DNA of 49,998 nt from Patescibacteria group bacterium. GTDB taxonomy: Bacteria > Patescibacteriota > SICC01. The stretch is taken from assembly GCA_040902515.1 (NCBI GenBank), contig JBBDXB010000002.1, positions 1 through 49,998 of the forward strand, in the 5' to 3' direction. The translations under genes were made by a program, and so were the position numbers. Below are positions 44,875 through 49,998 of this stretch, piece after piece (positions within the stretch are counted from its first letter, which is position 1; every line of letters starts with the position of its first letter). The notes below the pieces were generated by a model. It saw only the letters and a program-made list of their open reading frames with translations, made no database searches and had not been told where the DNA came from.

Positions 44875-45978
44875 CTAGCGTGCTTGCGGATTGATATTCA
44901 CTCGCGGGAAGCCGGGCATGAGCTGCTCGAACGCGGTGAAGTCCCGGTAATGCCCGCCGGCATACAGGCGCTCGGAGGATACCGCCGCCAGGTCGGTGAC
45001 GTTCCGTACCAGATCCAACTGCCGGGGCGTGAAACGCTCCCCTTCCGGAGGAACCCGGTAGACCACCGCTCCGCTGGCGAAGAATACCTGCGGCCCCTCG
45101 ACGGCGACCGCCTGGACCCGGCCGGCGTTCTCAGGGAACGGATTGCCGATGCCTCCCCAGCTCCGCCCGAAATCACGGGTCAGGAAGAGCCCTTCGTCCG
45201 TTCCGAGATACAGCCCGCCGTTTCCGGTCTCCATGTCCCAGACCGTCTGCGACCCCCTGGGCAACCCGGTGTTCACGGGGGTGAAGGTGTTCCCGCCGTC
45301 AGGGCTGTGGAAGACTCCACTGCCGAACGTGCCGGCGAACAGGTGCGGGCCGCTGGACGCCAATACGGTCACGGCCGCTTCCGTCGAGAATATGCGCTGC
45401 CAGGTGCTGCCTCCGTCCCGCGAGCGATACACGTTCCCTTCCTGGTCCCCGACGTAGACGGTATTGGGATCCGGACCGAACGCAACGGATGTCGCACCGC
45501 GCCGCGGCACCGATCCGGTAAAGACGGCCTCGAACGAGCGCCCCCCGTCCGTGCTGCGGAATACCTTGCCGTATCCCTGGGCGACACCGGCCACGTACAC
45601 CGCTTCCGGAATCCGGGCATCGGTGCCGATCTCCTGGACCGCCACGGCGTCCGTATCGGGAAGCGCCTCCGTGATATCTTCCCATGACCGCCCGGCGTCC
45701 GTACTGCGATAGAGGTTGTCCTCCGTCCCGGCGAAGACCCGCTCCGGCACTTCCGGATTCACGCCCACAGCCGTCACCGAGAGCGGCGGGTAGGTATCCG
45801 GTTCCTCCACCTCGGGGTCCGTCAGGTCGGGAATGGCGCGCCAGTCCCCGCCACTGTCCTCCGTGGTGAATACGCCGGACTGGTCGGGTGTACGGTCCAA
45901 GCAGCCTGTGCTCATGAGCACCGCGCCGATGACGATCAGCGAACCGAGAACTTTGCTGGGGAGAGAGCTGGTTTCCAT
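44875..45978 (-). CDS. BNR/Asp-box repeat beta-propeller lipoprotein (Ycf48/sialidase-like fold)
   Basis: Start moved to ATG 45978 (METSSLPSKVLGSLIVIGAVLMSTGC, a lipobox-like STGC). Six Asp-box-like repeats (TEDSGGDW, STDAGRSW, STDGGRSF, SRDGGSTW, SPDGGNTF, TRDFGRSW). The ORF-track ATG at 45993 lies inside the predicted -10 box. Confidence 0.8.
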   Translation of the reverse strand: METSSLPSKVLGSLIVIGAVLMSTGCLDRTPDQSGVFTTEDSGGDWRAIPDLTDPEVEEPDTYPPLSVTAVGVNPEVPERVFAGTEDNLYRSTDAGRSWEDITEALPDTDAVAVQEIGTDARIPEAVYVAGVAQGYGKVFRSTDGGRSFEAVFTGSVPRRGATSVAFGPDPNTVYVGDQEGNVYRSRDGGSTWQRIFSTEAAVTVLASSGPHLFAGTFGSGVFHSPDGGNTFTPVNTGLPRGSQTVWDMETGNGGLYLGTDEGLFLTRDFGRSWGGIGNPFPENAGRVQAVAVEGPQVFFASGAVVYRVPPEGERFTPRQLDLVRNVTDLAAVSSERLYAGGHYRDFTAFEQLMPGFPRVNINPQAR

Positions 45979-45988
45979 GGAACGCAAA

Positions 45989-46017
45989 ATCATAGCTTAG
46001 TTAAGTGCTTTTTGCAA
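45989..46017 (-). promoter_or_regulatory. Candidate promoter of the BNR lipoprotein gene
   Basis: Minus strand: TTGCAA (46017..46012), 17 nt, TATGAT (45994..45989), then 10 nt to ATG 45978. Confidence 0.5.
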
Positions 46018-46038
46018 CAGGGTACATTTGCCGGGGTC

Positions 46039-46067
46039 TTGACATGGAGCTTATTTTTAGCTATGAT
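46039..46067 (+). promoter_or_regulatory. Candidate promoter of the small-membrane-protein operon (divergent from the BNR promoter)
   Basis: TTGACA (46039..46044), 17 nt, TATGAT (46062..46067), then 12 nt to ATG 46080. The spacer is AT-rich. Confidence 0.55.
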
Positions 46068-46079
46068 AAGTCAATTTTC

Positions 46080-46394
46080 ATGGAAACACTCAAAGACATC
46101 TTCGCACCGACTGCCCGGAAACTCTTCCTTACGCTGGTCGTGACTTTCTTTGCCCATATCTACATCACCGTATCCCAATTCCGCCAAAGCGCCAGTGAGG
46201 ACCTCTCGGGTATTCGGGAATTCTGGCTTACCAACCTGGTGAACGGGCTCCCCTACCTGGAAACGGAGAGTGTCGTCCTGAAATTCCTGACCTTCTTCGC
46301 GATCAGTTACGTGCTGGTCTGGGCACTGTCGCGCACCATCGAATTCAGCGGCGGCGTCCGGACGACCTTGGCCAAGAAAGCGAGAAAATCATGA
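46080..46394 (+). CDS. Hypothetical small membrane protein A (104 aa, 2 TM, basic C-terminal tail)
   Basis: METLKDIFAPTARKLFLTLVVTFFAHIYITV...VVLKFLTFFAISYVLVWAL..AKKARKS. The ORF-track start at 46005 would lie upstream of the promoter. GC is lower than in the flanks. Confidence 0.6.
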   Translation: METLKDIFAPTARKLFLTLVVTFFAHIYITVSQFRQSASEDLSGIREFWLTNLVNGLPYLETESVVLKFLTFFAISYVLVWALSRTIEFSGGVRTTLAKKARKS

Positions 46395-46687
46395 GCCGCG
46401 ATTCACTGCATTTGCTGCTGACCATGCTGCTGGGGACGGGGGTCATCGTCGCCCTGGTCCTGATCGCCCTGGTAGTGACCTATCCCGGCATCGTCAGGCA
46501 GTCCGCCGTAGGAGCCGAATTCTTCCTGGCGAACCTCGGCACCACCAGCTCCCGGATCCAAGATCTGACCGGTTTTCGCCCGATCGCCGATACCCTGCTC
46601 TTCTTGGGCTCCTACGTACTCGTGTCACTAATCATGTGGGGACAGGCCGCGATCCGAAAGTACCTCCGGATACGCCCACACTTCTAA
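46391..46687 (+). CDS. Hypothetical small membrane protein B (98 aa, 2 TM), architecture similar to protein A
   Basis: The ATG overlaps the stop of protein A (ATGA). LHLLLTMLLGTGVIVALVLIALVV and IADTLLFLGSYVLVSLIMWG are TM segments. Shares the ..SYVLV.. TM2 pattern and a basic tail with protein A. Confidence 0.6.
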   Translation: MSRDSLHLLLTMLLGTGVIVALVLIALVVTYPGIVRQSAVGAEFFLANLGTTSSRIQDLTGFRPIADTLLFLGSYVLVSLIMWGQAAIRKYLRIRPHF

Positions 46688-46691
46688 GACC

Positions 46692-46922
46692 ATGGAACGG
46701 AACTTCCAACTCAACACGACCCCGCGCAGAATCCTGGCTGCCGCGCTCCTTTCCGGCGGCATCGTGTTCGCCGTGAGCACCTTCGCCCAGACCTCGTACG
46801 TGCAGACCCAGAAAGTACAGCTCGAATCCGCCGAAGGCCGGCACTGTGAAGAATGGACGTACGTCCGGACCAACGGGGAGATCACCGTGGACTGTGAACG
46901 GTGGGCGGCCGAAGAGGGTTGA
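46692..46922 (+). CDS. Hypothetical small secreted protein C (76 aa; signal peptide, ~45-aa mature part with two Cys)
   Basis: MERNFQLNTTPRRILAAALLSGGIVFAVSTFA/QTSYVQTQKVQLESAEGRHCEEWTYVRTNGEITVDCERWAAEEG. Starts 4 nt after protein B. Confidence 0.55.
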   Translation: MERNFQLNTTPRRILAAALLSGGIVFAVSTFAQTSYVQTQKVQLESAEGRHCEEWTYVRTNGEITVDCERWAAEEG

Positions 46923-46947
46923 CGCCAGGCTATTTACATGGTAAGAT
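46919..46947 (+). promoter_or_regulatory. Candidate promoter of the LPXTG surface-protein gene
   Basis: TTGACG (46919..46924, overlapping the protein C stop), 17 nt, TAAGAT (46942..46947). The downstream AGTTCAATTTTC repeats the sequence found after the -10 box at 46062. Confidence 0.5.
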
Positions 46948-46986
46948 AGTTCAATTTTCGAAAACTAACACCGCGAAACAAAACCT

Positions 46987-49353
46987 ATGCACGCACTGAC
47001 CAACCATTTCACGAGCCTTGCCCACTGGGTCAGAGGCTCCCATACGCATCTGTTGATCGCCGGACTGGCCGCGGTCGCATTGATTTCCGCGGCGCTCACG
47101 TTCGCCGCCGGACCGGATCCCGCGAAAGACGAGGTCTCCATCGAAGTCCCGGCAGCGGGTGCGATCGAACGGGAAGACTTCCCGGTCGAGGTCACCTTCA
47201 AGCCGAAGCAGGGCCGTCAGACATTCAGCACGCACGTCTACCTCGACGGGCGGCTGATCGACGTACGGACCCAGAAAGGCAAGAAGTTCGACGGCAAGGA
47301 AACCGTCACCTACGGTTTCCAATACGGTAACACCCGTTCGGGAGCGAACGCCGTGACCAACACCCGCTTCGACCGGCAGCTCCTCCGCCCCGGTGAACAT
47401 GAAGTGAAGGTCGTGGTACGGAACGGCGTGCAGCCAGGTGTCGCGCAGAGCAGCGAAGAGGTGGCTGCGGAAGACTCCCACCGCTTTACCGTCGATGATG
47501 TGAAGAGCGTGACGACCGCCCAGGAGGACCCGATCACCATCAAGGCCAAAGATCTGGCCAAGTCTCCGGTGGTCGACCGGAGCGACACCAGGATCGCCCG
47601 GGAGCAAGCCCAGGCTGCGACCGGCAGCCTCACCTCTCCGGATACCATCGCCAACGGCCTGGGTGCCCGGAACCTGTTGAGCCCCTTCGTCGAGACGGCG
47701 AAGGCCCACCAGGGAGACCACGGGAATATCCGGCTGATCTCGGCCATCGACAGTAACCGGAACGGAAGCGCCAATGCCCGCCTGGGCAACGTCCAGTTCT
47801 GGGTGAACAAGCTGAACTCGGGCATGAACTGCCACGGCTACCCGCTCGACAGCAACAACACCCTGCGGATCACCACTCCTGCCGGCGGTGCCAACATCGG
47901 CGAGACCCTGGTCAGGAACTGCCCGACCTTCCTGCCGACCGACGGCACGTTCGCCGGTCCGGGACAGCTCTACCGCGTCCGCCTGATCATGCCGGCCGGC
48001 CACGAGATGGTGAAAATCAACCCGATCGGCCTAAACGGGCTGGTGAAGGATTACCAGCCGAACCCCGCCGGCCAGTCCGGCCCGTACATCGACTTCCATC
48101 TGCCGAAGAACCGGACGGTCGAAATCCGCTGGGTGATCGGCAAGATTCCCCCGCCTCCGGCTCCTCCGGCGCCTCCGGCTCTGCCCGGGAACGTGGCTTC
48201 CTGCAGCAATGGCGCGGCCCCCTTCTACCGGCTGAACAAGATCGCCGGCGCCAAGGGAGACCACTTCTACACCCTGAGCGCCAGCGAACGGAACAATGCC
48301 ATCACGTCCCATGGATACAAGTACGAGGGCGTGGCAGGCTACCTGTTCCCTAACCAGAAGCCCGGTACGGTGCCTTTCTACCGGCTCTGGAGCCCCACGG
48401 CCATAGATCACTTCTACACGACCAGCGCGGAATGGCGGGACCGGGCCGCGGCCAATGACGGCTATACCTACGAAGGAATCGCCGGGTATCTCTACCCGAA
48501 CCAGGCGGCCAACACCGCTCCCCTCTACCGCTCGTACAGCCACGGTGCCGCCGACTACTTCTACACCATGAGCGCCGCGGAACGCGACAGTGCGGCCAAG
48601 AGCGGCTGGGGCTACCAGGATGTCGCGGGCTTCATGTTCGCCTCCTGCCCGCCGGCACCCGAGCCGGAACCACAAGCACCGCCTGACTCCGACGGTGACG
48701 GCGTACCGGACGACAAGGACGCCTGCCCGAACGAACCGAAGGGTCCGGACGGCACGGCCGACGGCTGCCCGAAGCTCACCTCCTTCGATCCGAACGCCCC
48801 GTTCCTGGCCCTGACCAAGGTCTCGGCGACCGAAGCCGAAGTGGACGCGTTCGCCCTTGAGTTCGACGGCACCCGGCCGAACGGTGCGATCGACACGCTG
48901 ACCGCGACGGTCGACGGTACGGTGACCGACACGGTGAAGGTCAACGAGCAGCCCGCGAACGTCAGCGAAGACGAAGCCGCGAGCAAGGACCTGGAAAGCG
49001 CGACGATCCGGAACCAGCCCCTGAAGATCGGTAACATCGAAGACGGCAAGGCCCACACGGTCGAGCTGGCCGCCACCACCGAGGACGGCAACCAGGAGAC
49101 CGTGACCTTCAAGGTCGAGCCGGCGGCGGCCGAGATCCCGACGCCTCCGGAAGATGAAGGGGAAGCCGTCGAAGCCCCCGTTCCGGTCCCGGCCACCGGT
49201 GCCGTCAAGGCGGTGACTAATGCCGAGGATGACTTCTCCGCCCTGCCGAAGACGGGTCAAGCCGGCCTGATCGCCTTCCTCGTCTTCCTCCTGGCCAGTG
49301 CCACCTACTACGGCACCCAGTTCTACCGGGAACGGAAGGCCAAGCGAAGCTAG
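46987..49353 (+). CDS. Large cell-surface protein with sortase (LPXTG) anchor
   Basis: 788 aa. Domain order: N-terminal signal/anchor (..HLLIAGLAAVALISAALTFAAG), Ig-like N-terminal region, poly-Pro linker (PPPPAPPAPPALP), three HFYT-type repeats, a thrombospondin-type-3-like Asp-rich motif (DSDGDGVPDDKDACPNEPKGPDGTADGCP), and a C-terminal LPKTG (49243..49257) followed by a hydrophobic stretch and RERKAKRS. Confidence 0.86.
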   Translation: MHALTNHFTSLAHWVRGSHTHLLIAGLAAVALISAALTFAAGPDPAKDEVSIEVPAAGAIEREDFPVEVTFKPKQGRQTFSTHVYLDGRLIDVRTQKGKKFDGKETVTYGFQYGNTRSGANAVTNTRFDRQLLRPGEHEVKVVVRNGVQPGVAQSSEEVAAEDSHRFTVDDVKSVTTAQEDPITIKAKDLAKSPVVDRSDTRIAREQAQAATGSLTSPDTIANGLGARNLLSPFVETAKAHQGDHGNIRLISAIDSNRNGSANARLGNVQFWVNKLNSGMNCHGYPLDSNNTLRITTPAGGANIGETLVRNCPTFLPTDGTFAGPGQLYRVRLIMPAGHEMVKINPIGLNGLVKDYQPNPAGQSGPYIDFHLPKNRTVEIRWVIGKIPPPPAPPAPPALPGNVASCSNGAAPFYRLNKIAGAKGDHFYTLSASERNNAITSHGYKYEGVAGYLFPNQKPGTVPFYRLWSPTAIDHFYTTSAEWRDRAAANDGYTYEGIAGYLYPNQAANTAPLYRSYSHGAADYFYTMSAAERDSAAKSGWGYQDVAGFMFASCPPAPEPEPQAPPDSDGDGVPDDKDACPNEPKGPDGTADGCPKLTSFDPNAPFLALTKVSATEAEVDAFALEFDGTRPNGAIDTLTATVDGTVTDTVKVNEQPANVSEDEAASKDLESATIRNQPLKIGNIEDGKAHTVELAATTEDGNQETVTFKVEPAAAEIPTPPEDEGEAVEAPVPVPATGAVKAVTNAEDDFSALPKTGQAGLIAFLVFLLASATYYGTQFYRERKAKRS
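48217..48645 (+). repeat. Three tandem ~47-aa protein repeats (DUF5648-like 'FYRL..DHFYT..E...A...GY.YEG.AGY' units) inside the surface protein
   Basis: APFYRLNKIAGAKGDHFYTLSASERNNAITSHGYKYEGVAGYLFP / VPFYRLWSPTAIDHFYTTSAEWRDRAAANDGYTYEGIAGYLYP / APLYRSYSHGAADYFYTMSAAERDSAAKSGWGYQDVAGFMFA. Confidence 0.75.
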
Positions 49354-49368
49354 CCGTCCCAGCCAAGC

Positions 49369-49403
49369 GAAACGCCCCTCGTCTTGAGGGGCGTTTTCGT
49401 TTC
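49369..49403 (+). terminator. Intrinsic terminator after the surface-protein gene (possibly bidirectional, also closing the rRNA operon)
   Basis: GAAACGCCCCUC-GUCUU-GAGGGGCGUUU followed by UCGUUUC. On the minus strand the same hairpin is followed by UUUCGCUU, about 30 nt after the 5S 3' end. Confidence 0.72.
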
Positions 49404-49432
49404 ATAACCCGAGGGCGTGCTTGTCGGCAGTA

Positions 49433-49549
49433 CGCCGGTGACGACCTACTCTCCCGAGCCCTAGCGGCCCAGTACCATCGGCGCTGCGGGGCTTAACGGC
49501 CGTGTTCGGAATGGGAACGGGTGTGGCCCCCGCGCTGGAGTCACCAGCG
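49433..49549 (-). rRNA. rrf: 5S ribosomal RNA
   Basis: Reverse complement reads GCUGGUGACUCCAGCGCGGGGGCCACACCCGUUCCCAUUCCGAACACGGCCGUUAAGCCCCGCAGCGCCGAUGGUACUGGGCCGCUAGGGCUCGGGAGAGUAGGUCGUCACCGGC. It shows the universal CCGAACACGG..GUUAAGC..GCGCCGAUGGUACU..GGGAGAGUAGG pattern and a terminal helix I pairing. Ends are +/-3 nt. Confidence 0.9.
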
Positions 49550-49645
49550 TGCTGACGACAAGTTCGGTTAACAGACCGGCACTGCTGCCGGCACTGTCAG
49601 TCAAGGCTACGCGAATGCAAGCACTCGCGAAAGGATAAATACATG

Positions 49646-49998
<353 letters not shown>

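Noticed and set aside
45979-46079. ORF-track starts at 45993 (BNR gene) and 46005 (small protein A)
   Set aside because: The ATG at 45993 lies inside the predicted -10 box (TATGAT) of its own promoter. The TTG at 46005 is upstream of the TTGACA-17-TATGAT promoter. The internal ATGs at 45978 and 46080 give sensible N-termini: a lipoprotein signal, and TM1 preceded by a short cytoplasmic head.

Overview
High-GC (about 60-65% by eye) bacterial chromosome segment, densely packed with housekeeping genes, mostly on the minus strand. Left to right:
- mreB (partial), a frameshifted C39-like peptidase, proS, rseP, uppS, frr, tsf, rpsB
- rpmE-prfA-prmC on the plus strand
- an HtrA-like protease, an LCP protein, lepB, parB, parA, rplU, a SEDS protein (RodA/FtsW)
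- ileS behind a translational T-box leader
- a mini MscS channel, yggT, and an unknown ORF that sits directly behind a cobalamin riboswitch
- nrdJ and nrdR with tandem NrdR boxes
- ftsZ, ftsA, dgkA, ybeY, a 7TM-HD protein, yqeY, rpsU, a HIT protein, hisS
- a RecJ-N-terminus::RelA-C-terminus chimeric ORF, an orphan plus-strand ORF, secF, secD, an NDP-sugar pyrophosphorylase
- a degenerate priA, def, fmt, nrnA, rbfA, infB, an S1-repeat protein, a CPA2 antiporter, a BNR lipoprotein
- a lower-GC module of three small membrane or secreted proteins plus a 788-aa LPXTG surface protein
- a 5S rRNA and the 3' end of a 23S rRNA

Many proteins are minimal versions: ProRS lacks the editing insertion, EF-Ts is 154 aa, and PriA lacks Walker A and the zinc-binding region. 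Genes often overlap by 1-11 nt, and many first genes have a TAnnnT box 6-8 nt before the start codon, which suggests leaderless mRNAs. This fits a streamlined monoderm-type lineage (Patescibacteria-like, or a reduced Actinobacteria/Chloroflexi-like organism), but taxonomy cannot be settled from the sequence alone.

I saw no CRISPR array, transposase, integrase or tRNA. The most interesting items are the B12 riboswitch gating an uncharacterised membrane module, the recJ'-'relA chimera, the T-box, the degenerate PriA and the small-protein/LPXTG module.
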